A stretch of DNA of 64,000 nt from Pseudomonadota bacterium (GCA_038745065.1 JBCDLT010000024.1:19346-83345); one strand, 5' to 3'; counted from the first letter of the stretch, positions 1 to 11,192 are shown. A program made the numbers and translations. Notes: a model not told the origin generated them from the letters alone.

Positions 1-1
1 C

Positions 2-973
2 GGCGCCATGCTGTTCGTCGGATCGCGCATCACCGACGGCAGCGTCAATCCCGGTGAATTCGTCGCTTTTCTGACCGCCTTCTTCCTGGCCTACGAACCC
101 GCCAAAAAACTGGCTCGCCTGCATGTCTCGCTCGGTGGCGTGCTTGTACAGGCGCGGCTTCTTTTCGATTACCTCGACGAACCCAATCAGTTGGAAGACC
201 ATCCGGGCGCCCGCGACCTTGTCGTCGCCGGCGGACGGATCGCGTGCGAGGATCTGCATTTCTCCTATGGCGAGGGACCGGTCCTGAACGGCCTGACCCT
301 CACGGCGATGCCCGGCGAGGTGACTGCCCTTGTCGGGCCGTCCGGCGCCGGCAAGAGCACGGTCTTTTCCCTGATCGAGCGGTTCGTCGCGCCGAATTCG
401 GGACGCATCACCATCGACGGCACGGATATCTGGGACGTGAAAGCGCATTCGCTGCGCCAGCACGTGGCTTTCGTCACGCAGGAGACCTACCTGTTCGAGG
501 GCACGATCGCGCAGAACATCGCTCTGGGTTCGGAGAACGCCTCACCCCAGGCGATCGAGGAGGCCGCGCGCAACGCGCATGCCCATGAATTCATCCTGGA
601 ACAGGAAGACGGCTACGAAACCCAGGTCGGCGAAGGCGGCATGAAATTGTCCGGCGGACAGCGTCAGCGGGTTGCGATCGCGCGGGCCATGCTGCGCGAC
701 GCGCCGATCCTGCTGCTTGACGAGGCGACCGCGTCGCTTGACGCCGAATCGGAAGCCAAGGTGCAGGAAGCGCTGGATCGCCTGATGGCCGACCGCACGA
801 CAATCGTCATTGCGCACCGCCTGTCGACAGTCCGCAACGCGGCGTGCATTCACGTCATGGATCGGGGGCGCGTCATACAATCGGGCACGCATGACGAGCT
901 GATCGGGAAGGGCGGCCTCTACGCGACGCTCTACAATCTGCAATTTGTGGACGGCGACCGCGGCGCCGCCTGA
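2..973 (+). CDS. ABC exporter, fused permease/ATPase, MsbA-like (5'-truncated by window edge)
   Basis: End of TM domain followed by Walker A GPSGAGKS, signature LSGGQRQR, Walker B LLLDEATASLD, H-loop IAHRLST. Confidence 0.9.
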   Translation, partial: GAMLFVGSRITDGSVNPGEFVAFLTAFFLAYEPAKKLARLHVSLGGVLVQARLLFDYLDEPNQLEDHPGARDLVVAGGRIACEDLHFSYGEGPVLNGLTLTAMPGEVTALVGPSGAGKSTVFSLIERFVAPNSGRITIDGTDIWDVKAHSLRQHVAFVTQETYLFEGTIAQNIALGSENASPQAIEEAARNAHAHEFILEQEDGYETQVGEGGMKLSGGQRQRVAIARAMLRDAPILLLDEATASLDAESEAKVQEALDRLMADRTTIVIAHRLSTVRNAACIHVMDRGRVIQSGTHDELIGKGGLYATLYNLQFVDGDRGAA

Positions 974-1008
974 CCGCTGTCGTCAGCCGACGCCACCCGT
1001 GGAACCTG

Positions 1009-1881
1009 TCAGCGGCGGGCAGCGTGTTTTTCGCCGCCACCGGTGAATTGCAGGTTCTTGTTCTTGATCAGCAGCACGCCGGACTTGGTGCCGATCGAAA
1101 TGCGATACGGAATCAGAAACTTGTTTCCCGGTGCCGGGACCAGCCAGGTCTCCAGATTCTTGTTCTCGCGCAGATAGATAACCGTCTTTTTGTTCGGCCG
1201 GTGTCCGGCGACCGGCACCCAACGGGCGCCGCAGACGGCTGCTGGGCCGGTATAGCCGGCCGTGCGGACGTTTTCGAAACGCCGGAAATACAGTTTGACG
1301 TCGTAGCGTGTCCAGCCGTCGAAAATCGGGATGCGCTGCTTGCAGGCGTCCTTGCCCAACCGGTCACCCTTGCTTCGATAGGGCACGATCGCGGCGCTGA
1401 GCGGGTCGAGCACGTTAGCCTTGTGCCTGGAGGTCACCGCCACCCGGTCCGGCAGCTTGCGAAGCGCCGGACGCGCCGACAGGTCCCGAATGGAACCGCC
1501 CGATAGGCGCATGCGCACGTTCGTCGTCAGTTTTCGGGTTTTGGAATCCATCGAGTATCGGGTCGGACGGACCGTATTCCGGCCAAAGCGTCCGCTGGCC
1601 TTTGCGTGGCTCTTGCTCTCCACCACAAGCTTGGCGATGCCCCAGGTTTCGATCTTCACCTGGGCCGCATAATCCCGGCCCTTGATCGCCATGGACATTT
1701 TTGCCTTGGCGAACGGCAGGCCGGCAATGGAGAGGTTGTAATCGCCGAGCAGCGAGAGGTCGCTCTTGGCGTGTACCCGGTCCGGTGTGCCGAGGACGAG
1801 GCCGGCTGTCAGGGCGGAAACCGCCAGGGCTCCGGCGGCATGACGTCTGAAGTGACTTGGTTCAATCAAGATCATCGACAA
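1009..1881 (-). CDS. DUF3108 domain exported protein
   Basis: Signal-peptide-like N-terminus; VLDPLSA and IPIFDGWTRYD motifs; divergent from rpmB as commonly seen in Rhizobiales. Confidence 0.8.
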   Translation of the reverse strand: MSMILIEPSHFRRHAAGALAVSALTAGLVLGTPDRVHAKSDLSLLGDYNLSIAGLPFAKAKMSMAIKGRDYAAQVKIETWGIAKLVVESKSHAKASGRFGRNTVRPTRYSMDSKTRKLTTNVRMRLSGGSIRDLSARPALRKLPDRVAVTSRHKANVLDPLSAAIVPYRSKGDRLGKDACKQRIPIFDGWTRYDVKLYFRRFENVRTAGYTGPAAVCGARWVPVAGHRPNKKTVIYLRENKNLETWLVPAPGNKFLIPYRISIGTKSGVLLIKNKNLQFTGGGEKHAARR

Positions 1882-2130
1882 ATGTACACTCTGTTTGCGA
1901 TCCGTCGAGCGGAGGCTGCGAGATCGATTCGATACTATATAACCGGACTACGCTGATAATTTGTCGTTATAGTGTACGAGTGGTTAAAGAAAGTTCCAGC
2001 GGCAAAATGTCTTCGGTTTTTCTTGACGAAGCCCGTTCGGAACACTAAGAAAGCCGCACTTTCCAAGGCAGTCAAGACGAGAGACGTTGCCCCGCCCGGC
2101 CGGCGGGGCTTGGTTATGAAAGGCAAGAAC

Positions 2131-2421
2131 ATGGCGCGTCGCTGCGAACTTACTGGTAAATCCGTGCAGAGCGGCAACAATGTCAGCCATGCGAACAACA
2201 AGACGCGGCGCCGGTTTCTCCCGAACCTGTGCAACGTGTCACTTTTGAGTGATGCCCTCGGTCAACAGGTTCGCATGCGTATTTCCGCCCATGCCCTGCG
2301 CAGCGTGGAACATCGCGGCGGTCTGGATGCTTTCCTTTTGAAAGCCCGTGACACTGAGCTAAGCCCGCGTGCAAAGCTGATCAAACGGCAGGTCAAACGC
2401 AAGCTCGCAGAAGCGGCATAA
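2131..2421 (+). CDS. rpmB: 50S ribosomal protein L28
   Basis: [10 protein letters not shown]...[19 protein letters not shown]; ATG at 2131. Confidence 0.98.
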   Translation: MARRCELTGKSVQSGNNVSHANNKTRRRFLPNLCNVSLLSDALGQQVRMRISAHALRSVEHRGGLDAFLLKARDTELSPRAKLIKRQVKRKLAEAA

Positions 2422-2458
2422 CTGTCGACTACCGAAATCCGTTAAAAGGGCGCCGCCC

Positions 2459-3106
2459 ATGAACAGGACGTGGCTGAGCCCGCGCGTCGCCATTGCGGTC
2501 GCGGCAATGATCGGTGTCGTATCGGCATCGAATTACCTGGTGCAGTTCCCGGTCATGGCGCAAGTCGGTGCGGTCAATCTCGCCGACCTCCTGACCTGGG
2601 GCGCCTTCACCTACCCGGCTGCGTTCCTGGTGACGGATCTGACCAACCGGCATTTCGGGCCAAGCGTGGCCCGCCGGGTCGTGTTCGCCGGATTTCTCAT
2701 GGCAGTGATCCTTTCCGCGGTGCTGTTCAACCCGCGCATCGCGATGGCTTCCGGAACGGCATTCCTTGCGGCGCAATTGCTCGACGTGGCCGTTTTCGAT
2801 CGGTTGCGCAATGGTATCTGGTGGTCGGCGCCGCTCGTATCGTCGGTGCTCGGCTCCCTTCTCGACACCGCGCTGTTCTTCTCACTCGCATTCTCCGCAT
2901 CGTTCGGTGTGCTTGGCGCGACCGACGGGTTTGCCGTGGAAATGGCGCCACTGCTCGGCGTGATGTCGGCCGAAGCGCCGCGCTGGGTGTCCTGGGCGCT
3001 CGGCGATCTCGGGGTCAAGCTGATGGTCGCGCTGATCCTGCTCGCGCCCTACCGGGTGGTGCTTGCCTTCATTCCGCAGAAGCCTGCGGGCGGGGCAGCG
3101 GCGTAA
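2459..3106 (+). CDS. VUT family (YhhQ/DUF165) queuosine-precursor transporter
   Basis: LTWGAFTYPAAFLVTDL, RIAMASGTAFLAAQLLD motifs; multiple TM segments. Confidence 0.88.
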   Translation: MNRTWLSPRVAIAVAAMIGVVSASNYLVQFPVMAQVGAVNLADLLTWGAFTYPAAFLVTDLTNRHFGPSVARRVVFAGFLMAVILSAVLFNPRIAMASGTAFLAAQLLDVAVFDRLRNGIWWSAPLVSSVLGSLLDTALFFSLAFSASFGVLGATDGFAVEMAPLLGVMSAEAPRWVSWALGDLGVKLMVALILLAPYRVVLAFIPQKPAGGAAA

Positions 3107-4169
3107 TCCCGGCCTCGGGTTCCCGCAACCGGAACCGCAAGAGCAGCGTGCGCTGCAAGACGGACCGGTTGTCGTCGGACAGAATCGTGAAAACAGTCGA
3201 ACCGTCTGCCTCACGGTGTGTCCCAAGCGCTTCCATGTTGTCGATCTGATCGGTGAAATCCGCCGTCATCATGATCGGACCGTCGACCGTACGCCCTGTC
3301 CTGAGTGTCGAGAACGGGAGGCGCCGCAGGCGCATGAAGATGCCTGTGCTGTAGTCAAACCGGCGTTCCAAAATCACAACATCGCCATTAGCCAGGAACA
3401 CGGCGTCGGTAACATCGAACCGGTCGCGCTGACGGACCCGAAAGGCGCGCGCGGTACCGTCAGGCTGCACAAGCCAGGCAGGGATATCCGAACATGCCGG
3501 CCGCCCGCGTTCGGCAAACATGATCGTCAGACCGGCGGCCGGGGTGTCCGGCAGACCCGCTGCAATTGCTTCGATGCCCTTGTTTGCGCCCAGCCGGCGG
3601 ATCCCGGCCGGTGCATTGAAACGGATCGGTCTGGCGCCCTCCGACACCGGGTCTTTGCCGGTCGCGCGGGGATAGACCTCGATGCGGTGATTGCGTTCGA
3701 ACGCCACCAGGAAGACCGGACGGCCGTTGACCGTCGCCTGGGTGATGGCCTCGGCGTCGGCAGAGGATTTCAGATTAAGGACAGCGCCGGTGCGGTCGCG
3801 CAGCGGTGCCATGGTCACGTCCGACAGGGCCACCGGCGCGCCCTGCCCGTCGCTTTCGATGCGCCCGGACACCCAGAAGCCGTTGTCGGTAACGGCTACG
3901 AAATCGCGCCCGTCGTCGCTGAGCGTCACGCCGGAAAGCGCGCCGAAATGCCGGCTCGAGCCGGTCAGTTCCAGACCGCCCAGCCATTCCAGATCGCCGA
4001 ATATGATCCGGTCGGCATTGCCGATTTCGAAAGACGACAAAGGAGCGGCGCGCACGGTGACCGGTTTGGCGCCGGCGAACCGCATCGGTTCCGCTCCGCT
4101 GTCCGCGGCGAGACCGCCGAGCAGCAGAAAGGCAAGCGCTGTGCGATGCCATCGTACCCGTCCTGGCAT
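3069..4169 (-). CDS. Esterase-like activity of phytase family protein (secreted)
   Basis: FGALSG, AVTDNG, DAEAI, IDNMEAL, ILSDDN motifs; signal peptide; downstream of cobT. Confidence 0.8.
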   Translation of the reverse strand: MPGRVRWHRTALAFLLLGGLAADSGAEPMRFAGAKPVTVRAAPLSSFEIGNADRIIFGDLEWLGGLELTGSSRHFGALSGVTLSDDGRDFVAVTDNGFWVSGRIESDGQGAPVALSDVTMAPLRDRTGAVLNLKSSADAEAITQATVNGRPVFLVAFERNHRIEVYPRATGKDPVSEGARPIRFNAPAGIRRLGANKGIEAIAAGLPDTPAAGLTIMFAERGRPACSDIPAWLVQPDGTARAFRVRQRDRFDVTDAVFLANGDVVILERRFDYSTGIFMRLRRLPFSTLRTGRTVDGPIMMTADFTDQIDNMEALGTHREADGSTVFTILSDDNRSVLQRTLLLRFRLREPEAGITPLPRPQASAE

Positions 4170-4177
4170 GGCGGCGG

Positions 4178-6061
4178 TCAGGCGGCTCTGCGGTTACGAC
4201 CGCTGCGTCCGCCGGACGGGCCGGGTTGTTCATCGAACAGGTCGGCAAGCTGGTCGGTAATTGCGCCAGCCAGCTCCTCGGCATCGACGATGGTAACGGC
4301 GCGCCGGTAATACCGTGTGACATCGTGGCCGATGCCGATGGCGATGAGCTCCACCGGCGAACGGGTTTCGATTTCCTCGATCACGTAGCGCAGGTGCCGT
4401 TCGAGATAATTGCCCGGATTGACGGACAGCGTCGAATCGTCGACGGGCGCGCCGTCGGAAATCATCATGAGGATCTTGCGCTGCTCGCCGCGCACGGCCA
4501 GCCGGTCGTGAGCCCAGGCCAGCGCTTCCCCGTCGATGTTTTCCTTCAGCAGGCCTTCGCGCATCATCAGGCCGAGATTCTTGCGCGCGCGGCGCCAGGG
4601 TGCATCGGCGGACTTGTAGACGATGTGCCGGAGATCGTTGAGCCGGCCCGGTCCGGCCGGCTTGCCGGCCTGCAGCCAGGCTTCGCGGGATTGCCCGCCC
4701 TTCCATGCCCGGGTGGTGAATCCGAGGATCTCCACCTTGACGCCGCAGCGTTCCAGCGTGCGCGCCAGGACATCCGCGCATGTTGCCGCGACCGTAATGG
4801 GGCGGCCGCGCATGGACCCGGAATTGTCGAGCAGCAAGGTGACGACCGTGTCCTTGAACTGGGTGTCCTGTTCGCGCTTGAAGGCCAGGGGCTGCATCGG
4901 ATCGATGATGATGCGGGGCAGGCGAGCGGTATCCAGCCAGCCCTCTTCCTGGTCGAATTCCCAGGACCGGTTCTGTTGCGCCATCAGCTTGCGCTGGAGG
5001 CGGTTGGCCAAGCGCGCGACGGCGCCATGCAGATTGGACAATTGCTTGTCGAGAAATCCGCGCAAGCGCTCAAGTTCGGCAGTATCGCACAGATCTTCGG
5101 CCTGCACGATCTCGTCGAACTTGGACACAAAGACCCGGTAATCGATTTCCGGAGGCATGTTCGACAACGGATAGTCCGGACGCCAGGCCTCGCCCGTATT
5201 GTCCGCGTCCGCCTCGCTGTCTTCGTCCTGGAAATCCTCCATCAGGTCATCCGACGTCTCGGTTTCGCCGGCTTCCTGGTCGTCGCCGCTGGCCTCGACT
5301 TCCTGCGGGGCGGTTTCGTCGTCGGATTCGGCTTCTTCGCCCTGCCGCTGTTCCTCGCTGGTGTCCTGCGCGGCATCCCCGTCGTCATCGTCCTCGTTCG
5401 ATTCGTCCTGCTCGGAACCGAGTTCATCGGACATGTCGAGGGCGGCGATCACGTCGCGGATGGCGTTGGCGAAATCGCGCTGGTTTTCCAGGTTCTCCGC
5501 CAGCCGGTCGAGGGCGGAGCAGGCCTTCTCCTCGATCCAGGGTTCCCAGAACTCGAGAATCCTGCCGGCGCTTTCCGGCGGCTGCATGCCGGCCACCCGC
5601 TGGCGCACCATCAGGGAAACCGCCTCTTCAAGGGGGGCATCCGCCTTGTCGGTGATCTCCTGGAAATTGCCGCGGTGATATTTGTCTTCCAGCATGGCTG
5701 AGAGATTGTCGGCAACGCCGCTCATTTCCCGGCAGCCGATTGATTCGCAGCGCGCCTGCTCGACGGCTTCGAATATGGCCCGCGCATTCGCGCCCTCAGG
5801 CATCAGCGACCGATGGATGCCGGCGTCGTGAAATCCAAGCCGCAATGCCATGGAATCGGCCAGACCCCGAACCACGGACACGTCCGCCTTGTTGGCGTTG
5901 CGCGGCAATTCGGGCAATCGGGCGCGTTCACCGACCAGGTTCGGACGGTCGCTCGCATAGGTCACTTCCAGATCCGGCTTGCCGGACACAGCCCGCATCG
6001 TCATGGCGATCGCCTGCTTCAGGGGCTCGGCCGGTGTGTCGGTCTTGGAGTTGGATGCCAC
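4178..6061 (-). CDS. cobT: Cobaltochelatase subunit CobT (acidic linker + VWA domain)
   Basis: [19 protein letters not shown] motif, [24 protein letters not shown]-rich linker. Confidence 0.96.
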   Translation of the reverse strand: MASNSKTDTPAEPLKQAIAMTMRAVSGKPDLEVTYASDRPNLVGERARLPELPRNANKADVSVVRGLADSMALRLGFHDAGIHRSLMPEGANARAIFEAVEQARCESIGCREMSGVADNLSAMLEDKYHRGNFQEITDKADAPLEEAVSLMVRQRVAGMQPPESAGRILEFWEPWIEEKACSALDRLAENLENQRDFANAIRDVIAALDMSDELGSEQDESNEDDDDGDAAQDTSEEQRQGEEAESDDETAPQEVEASGDDQEAGETETSDDLMEDFQDEDSEADADNTGEAWRPDYPLSNMPPEIDYRVFVSKFDEIVQAEDLCDTAELERLRGFLDKQLSNLHGAVARLANRLQRKLMAQQNRSWEFDQEEGWLDTARLPRIIIDPMQPLAFKREQDTQFKDTVVTLLLDNSGSMRGRPITVAATCADVLARTLERCGVKVEILGFTTRAWKGGQSREAWLQAGKPAGPGRLNDLRHIVYKSADAPWRRARKNLGLMMREGLLKENIDGEALAWAHDRLAVRGEQRKILMMISDGAPVDDSTLSVNPGNYLERHLRYVIEEIETRSPVELIAIGIGHDVTRYYRRAVTIVDAEELAGAITDQLADLFDEQPGPSGGRSGRNRRAA

Positions 6062-6074
6062 GGTCGGGAAATCC

Positions 6075-7061
6075 TCAGGCGATCAGCGCATTGGCGGCAG
6101 ATTGCGGCAATTCTTCATTGAAGGCGCGCTGATAGAACTCGGCCACGGCCTTCTGCTCGATCTCGTCGCACTTGTTCAGGAAGGTCACGCGGAACGCAAA
6201 TCCGATATCGCCGAAAATCTCCGCGTTTTCCGCCCAGGTAATTACCGTGCGCGGGCTCATGACCGTCGACAGGTCGCCATTCATGAAGGCGTTACGAGTC
6301 ATGTCCGCCACCCAGACCATTTTCGAGACCTGGTCGCGGCCGGTTTCGGTGTCGTAGCTTTTTGCCTTGGACAGCACGATGCCGACTTCGTTGTCATGCG
6401 GCAGGTAATTCAGCGTCGTGACGACGGACCAGCGGTCCATCTGGCCCTGGTTGATCTGCTGGGTGCCGTGATAGAGGCCGGACGTGTCCCCGAGGCCGAC
6501 CGTGTTGGCGGTGGCGAACAGCCGGAAAGCGGGGTGCGGGCGGATCACCCGGTTCTGGTCGAGCAATGTCAGCCGGCCCTGGATCTCCAACACCCGCTGG
6601 ATAACAAACATGACGTCCGGCCGACCGGCATCGTATTCGTCGAAAACCAGCGCAACATTGTGTTTCAGGGCCCAAGGCAGGATGCCGTCCCGAAACTCGG
6701 TAATCTGGACGCCGTCCTTGACCACGATCGCGTCTTTTCCGACGAGGTCGATGCGGCTGATGTGGCTGTCCAGATTGACGCGTACGCACGGCCATTTCAG
6801 GCGGGCGGCAACCTGTTCGATGTGGGTCGATTTGCCGGTGCCGTGATAGCCGGTCACCATAACCCTTCGGTTGTGGGCGAACCCGGCAAGGATGGCGAGC
6901 GTCGTTTCCCGGTCGAAAAGGTAGTCCGCATCGAAGTCGGGCACGTACTCGTCGGCCTCGGAAAACGCGGGGACCATCAGGTCGGACTCGATCCCGAAGA
7001 CGTCCCGAACGGAAAGTGTGCAATCCGGACAGCCGTCCACGTTGTCGTTCAAGTCATTCAT
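6075..7061 (-). CDS. cobS: Cobaltochelatase subunit CobS (AAA+ ATPase)
   Basis: [38 protein letters not shown]; start taken at MNDLND. Confidence 0.96.
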   Translation of the reverse strand: MNDLNDNVDGCPDCTLSVRDVFGIESDLMVPAFSEADEYVPDFDADYLFDRETTLAILAGFAHNRRVMVTGYHGTGKSTHIEQVAARLKWPCVRVNLDSHISRIDLVGKDAIVVKDGVQITEFRDGILPWALKHNVALVFDEYDAGRPDVMFVIQRVLEIQGRLTLLDQNRVIRPHPAFRLFATANTVGLGDTSGLYHGTQQINQGQMDRWSVVTTLNYLPHDNEVGIVLSKAKSYDTETGRDQVSKMVWVADMTRNAFMNGDLSTVMSPRTVITWAENAEIFGDIGFAFRVTFLNKCDEIEQKAVAEFYQRAFNEELPQSAANALIA

Positions 7062-7137
7062 CGTCTTCTTGTCCAGTCTGCTTGGGAGGTCGGGGGGGCA
7101 CGCAAGCCCATGCATGTATCGCGCCGCAAGCCGGATG

Positions 7138-7758
7138 TCAGCAGAAACCTGATTGTTTCAGAATTTTGTAGGCTTGGATGATTTGACGCAGTCTTTCTTC
7201 CGAGGAGCGGTCACCACCATTGGCGTCGGGGTGATGGCGCTTCACCAATTCCTTGTAGCGGGCCTTGATCTTTTCGGCATTCGACGTCTCGTCCATGTCA
7301 AGCGTGTCGAAGGCTTTCTTCTCCATCGTGCGGACGCGCCGCGTCGGTTTGTCGGCATCCGTCTTGGGTTCGCCGTCTTCGTCAAACAGGCCGAAAGGAT
7401 CGCGCGGCTTGCGCTTCCAGGCGCGCTGGGCGCGAAAACCCTGTTCGTCCTCGGTGCCCGGCTGACCGTTCACGCCCATTTTCCAGGTCGGCCGATGTCC
7501 GGTCATGGCGTCCTTTTGATAGGACGCGATCGCGTCGTCGCTCATGCCGGAGAAATAATTGTAGGACTTGTTGTATTCGCGGACGTGATCGATGCAGAAC
7601 AGCAGGAACTGCCCCTCGCGGCCGCGTCCCATCGGCGCCTTGTGGGTGCCCGGCCGCGTGCACCCCTCCCATTGGCAACGGGGCTCCTTGTTTTCGATCG
7701 TGCGGTCCTGGTCGGGCTTTACACGAATGCTGTCGAAGAGGGACGAATCTAGCTTCAT
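7138..7758 (-). CDS. J-domain (DnaJ-class) protein with C-terminal HPD motif
   Basis: MKLDSSLFD start, N-terminal Cys/His segment (CQWEGC...[10 protein letters not shown]), [13 protein letters not shown]. Confidence 0.92.
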   Translation of the reverse strand: MKLDSSLFDSIRVKPDQDRTIENKEPRCQWEGCTRPGTHKAPMGRGREGQFLLFCIDHVREYNKSYNYFSGMSDDAIASYQKDAMTGHRPTWKMGVNGQPGTEDEQGFRAQRAWKRKPRDPFGLFDEDGEPKTDADKPTRRVRTMEKKAFDTLDMDETSNAEKIKARYKELVKRHHPDANGGDRSSEERLRQIIQAYKILKQSGFC

Positions 7759-7859
7759 TGGTGTAGAACGATCACGAAAACGGTGGTGGTACGACGGCTG
7801 TCGGACGGCCGCACCGTCCCCGTAAAACAAATCGGCATTGTATCAAAAGGCGCCTTCAC

Positions 7860-8138
7860 ATGAACAGAGCAAAACGGATCGAACAGGCCTTATCGGACGA
7901 TTTTCAGCCGCTGGAGCTGACCGTGACCGACGAAAGCCACCTGCATGCCGGTCATGCCGGTGCTTCACCGGAAGGGGAGACACATTTCCGTGTAGAAATC
8001 GTGTCGGATGCCTTCCGCGACAAGAGCCGCGTGCAGCGGCACCGGCTGGTGAACGAATCGCTGCAATCCGAACTCGCCTCCGGCTTGCACGCGCTGGCGA
8101 TCCGCGCCTATTCGCCGGAAGATCCGAAACGCCGCTGA
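7860..8138 (+). CDS. bolA: BolA family protein
   Basis: DESHLHAGHAG...ETHFRVEIVSDAF...RVQRHRLV...LHALAI. Confidence 0.95.
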   Translation: MNRAKRIEQALSDDFQPLELTVTDESHLHAGHAGASPEGETHFRVEIVSDAFRDKSRVQRHRLVNESLQSELASGLHALAIRAYSPEDPKRR

Positions 8139-8170
8139 TCGCATTGCAATCGATCGGAACCGCAGAAGCT

Positions 8171-9445
8171 CTATCGGACCGATTCGAGCGGCATGATGCG
8201 CAGGTTCATGATCCGGTTGCGCTGCTTTTTCAGAACAACGAACCGGAACCCGTGGAAAGTGAACACCTGACGCTCCTCCGGGATCATCTGGGCTTCGTGT
8301 ATCACCAGGCCGGCAATCGTGGTCGCTTCCTCGTCCGGCAGCGACCAGTCAAGCGCCCGGTTGAGATCGCGCACGGGCACGGATCCGTCGACGAGCACAG
8401 CGCCGTCCGGCTGGGGACGCACGCCCTGGACCACGAGGTCGTGCTCGTCGGCAATGTCGCCGACAATTTCTTCCAGAATGTCTTCAAGGGTCACAAGACC
8501 CATCACCTCGCCGTATTCGTCGACGACGAGCGCAAGATGGCCCTTGCGTTTCAGGAAGGCGTTCAACTGGTCCTGCAGGCTGGTCGTCTCCGGCACGAAC
8601 CAGGGAGACGTCGCCATGCTTTCGAAATCCAGGTTCTCGACCGCGCCGTCGACCGCCTTCAGGGAGCGCAAGAGATCCTTGGAATGGATGACGCCGATGA
8701 TGTTGTCGTTGTCGTCGCGCCAGAGCGGCAGCCTCGTATAAGGGCTGGCCAGAACCTGTTCGACGAGCTTTTCGGCCGAATCGTCGACATTCAGCGTCTG
8801 CATGTTGGTGCGGTGAACCATGACGTCGTAGACGCTGAGATCGCGCAGGTCGAGCAGACCGCCGAGGCGGTCGCGCTCGTCCTTGACGAGGCCGCCCTCC
8901 AGATGTTGCAGGTCGACCGTTCCGCGGATTTCTTCGTGCGCCGACAGCATCGAATCGCCGCTCACGTCGACACCGGCCATTTTCAGGACGGCCCGCACGA
9001 TCATCGTCACGCCGATGACGATCGGCCCGAACAAAAGCACAACGACCCGCACCACCGGCGCAACTTTCAGCGCGAACTTGTCGGGATTGCTGATCGCCCA
9101 GGTCTTGGGCAGCACTTCGGCAAAGACCAGCACCAGCGCCGTCATGATCAGCGTCGCGTAGACGACGCCGGCTTCGCCGAACACGCCGAGCAGAACACTG
9201 GTCGCCAGCGCCGACGCCAGGATGTTGACAAGATTGTTGCCGAGCAGAAGCGCCCCGATGAGCCTGTCACGGGTCAACAGCAGGATGTCGACCGTGCGGG
9301 CCTGCCGGTTGCCGGATTTGGCCAGTTGAAGCATACGGGCCCGCGACGCCGCGGTCAGTGCCGTCTCGGATCCGGAAAAAAACGCCGACAGGACCAGGAG
9401 CGCGATCACCGCGCCCGCGGCCAGCCAGATTTCGTCGAGAATCAT
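8171..9445 (-). CDS. HlyC/CorC (CNNM-CBS-CorC) Mg/Co transporter
   Basis: LSAFFSGSETALTA, CBS pair (VVDEYGEVMGLVTLEDILEEIVGDI), C-terminal CorC domain. Confidence 0.93.
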   Translation of the reverse strand: MILDEIWLAAGAVIALLVLSAFFSGSETALTAASRARMLQLAKSGNRQARTVDILLLTRDRLIGALLLGNNLVNILASALATSVLLGVFGEAGVVYATLIMTALVLVFAEVLPKTWAISNPDKFALKVAPVVRVVVLLFGPIVIGVTMIVRAVLKMAGVDVSGDSMLSAHEEIRGTVDLQHLEGGLVKDERDRLGGLLDLRDLSVYDVMVHRTNMQTLNVDDSAEKLVEQVLASPYTRLPLWRDDNDNIIGVIHSKDLLRSLKAVDGAVENLDFESMATSPWFVPETTSLQDQLNAFLKRKGHLALVVDEYGEVMGLVTLEDILEEIVGDIADEHDLVVQGVRPQPDGAVLVDGSVPVRDLNRALDWSLPDEEATTIAGLVIHEAQMIPEERQVFTFHGFRFVVLKKQRNRIMNLRIMPLESVR

Positions 9446-10587
9446 CGGGTTTGCTCGTCTTCAAGAAAACTACGAACGGCATGCGGGTCCACGTCCTGCG
9501 AAATGAAGGCCGCGCCGATACCGGTCGCCAGAATGAAGGTCAGCGCGCCGCGGCTCACCTTCTTGTCCTGATGTATATGGGTCAGCAGGGTATCCGCGGA
9601 AACGTCGCAATCGCTCAGGGCGGCCAGTGACGTCGGCAGGCCGACGTCCTGCAGATGTCCGCAAACCTGGCCGACCGCATTGCCGCCGCACAAGCCGAGG
9701 CGTTCGGAAAACCGGAAGGCCATTGCCATGCCGATCGCCACACCTTCGCCATGTACCAGCCGGTCGGAATAGCCGGTCGCCGCCTCCAGGGCATGGCCGA
9801 ACGTGTGTCCGAGGTTGAGCAGGGCCCGGCTGCCGGTTTCGTATTCATCTTCCGCGACAATCGCCGCCTTCGCCCGGCAGCAATGGGCGACCGCGTCGAC
9901 CCGGGCCTGGCCGCCGTCAAAGACGTCGCGCCAATGCGCGCACAGCCAGTCGAAAAACCGGGGATCGTTGATCAGTCCGTATTTGACGACTTCGGCATAC
10001 CCGGCGCGAAATTCCCGCAGCGGCAGGCTCGACAGGATCTCGGTATCGGCCAATACCAGCGATGGCTGGTGGAACGCTCCGACAAGGTTCTTGCCGTGAC
10101 TGCTGTTGATACCGGTCTTGCCACCGACGGAGGAATCGACCTGGGCGAGCAGAGACGACGGGATCTGGATGAAATTCATGCCGCGGCGGGCGATCGCGGC
10201 GGCGAAGCCGGCCAGATCGCCGACAACCCCGCCGCCGAGCGCGACCACCAGGTCGTTGCGCTCCAGCCGGGCCGCCAGGATACCGTCCAGCACGGTCTGC
10301 AACGGGCCGAACGCCTTGGTCGCCTCGCCCGGTTCGACCAGGATCCGGGAATGCCGGATGCCGGCGGTATCCAGCGCGCGTTCCAGCGTCGGAAGATGGC
10401 TGTCGGCCACGTTGCGGTCGGTCACCACGGCAACGGCCGCGTCCGGATGGCGTCCGGCGATCTCGTCGCCGGCCCTTTCCAGAAGGCCGGGACCGACCAG
10501 GATGTCGTAACTGCGGGGGCCGAGATCGACGCGGACGGTTTTTTCAGCGGCGTCGGTCGGCTGCGATCCGCCTTGCAACAGGCTCAT
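9442..10587 (-). CDS. aroB: 3-dehydroquinate synthase
   Basis: GGGVVGDLAGF, AQVDSSVGGKTGIN, LLNLGHTFGHALE. Confidence 0.97.
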   Translation of the reverse strand: MSLLQGGSQPTDAAEKTVRVDLGPRSYDILVGPGLLERAGDEIAGRHPDAAVAVVTDRNVADSHLPTLERALDTAGIRHSRILVEPGEATKAFGPLQTVLDGILAARLERNDLVVALGGGVVGDLAGFAAAIARRGMNFIQIPSSLLAQVDSSVGGKTGINSSHGKNLVGAFHQPSLVLADTEILSSLPLREFRAGYAEVVKYGLINDPRFFDWLCAHWRDVFDGGQARVDAVAHCCRAKAAIVAEDEYETGSRALLNLGHTFGHALEAATGYSDRLVHGEGVAIGMAMAFRFSERLGLCGGNAVGQVCGHLQDVGLPTSLAALSDCDVSADTLLTHIHQDKKVSRGALTFILATGIGAAFISQDVDPHAVRSFLEDEQTR

Positions 10588-11192
10588 CGGGCGGAGCCCA
10601 TGGCAGAGGCACCGATTGCCGTGTCCAGATGCTGATCGAGGGCGATCACGACCTGATCGACCACGGCGTCGTGCGGACCGTCGAAGGATTCCACGGCGAG
10701 GTCGGCTTCTGCATAGACCGGATTGCGTGTCGCGAGCAGGTCGCGCATGACCTGGTCGGGGTCCGCCGACTTCAGCAGCGGTCGATTCGATTTGCGCCGC
10801 ACACGCTCCATCAGAATCTCGAGTTCGGCATGCAGCCAGATCGAAACAGCATCCTGTTTGATGCGCTTGCGGGTCTCATCGTTCATGAACGCGCCGCCGC
10901 CGGTGGACAGGACCTGTGCCCGCTCCCCGAGCAGGCGCGCGATGACCCGGCGCTCGCCGTCGCGGAAATAGGTTTCCCCGTGGCTTTCGAAGATTTCCGG
11001 GATCGTCATGTTGGCGGCTGTCTCGATTTCCTGATCCGCGTCGGTGAACGGCAGGTGCAGGCGATCGGCGAGGCGGCGGCCGATTGCGGTCTTGCCGGCC
11101 CCCATGATGCCGACCAGTACGATCGACCGGCCGTCGAGCCGGCGGACGATGTCCCGGTACACCCTGCGATCCGGTTTCGATGCCCCTGTCAT
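10584..11192 (-). CDS. aroK: Shikimate kinase
   Basis: LVGIMGAGKTAIGRRLA, DADQEIE, STGGGAF, RPLL; start MTGASK. Confidence 0.95.
   Translation of the reverse strand: MTGASKPDRRVYRDIVRRLDGRSIVLVGIMGAGKTAIGRRLADRLHLPFTDADQEIETAANMTIPEIFESHGETYFRDGERRVIARLLGERAQVLSTGGGAFMNDETRKRIKQDAVSIWLHAELEILMERVRRKSNRPLLKSADPDQVMRDLLATRNPVYAEADLAVESFDGPHDAVVDQVVIALDQHLDTAIGASAMGSAR

Noticed and set aside
2422-2458. PreQ1 riboswitch before the VUT transporter
   Set aside because: 37-bp gap with no recognisable aptamer; gene appears co-transcribed with rpmB
7062-7859. Cobalamin riboswitch for cobST
   Set aside because: Intergenic gaps are short and no B12-box motif is visible
7838-9571. 577-aa + strand ORF and similar long shadow ORFs (4226..5701, 29766..31589, 38662..40437, 40665..42314)
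   Set aside because: Antisense or off-frame to well-supported genes; typical stop-poor frames of high-GC DNA with no recognisable motifs
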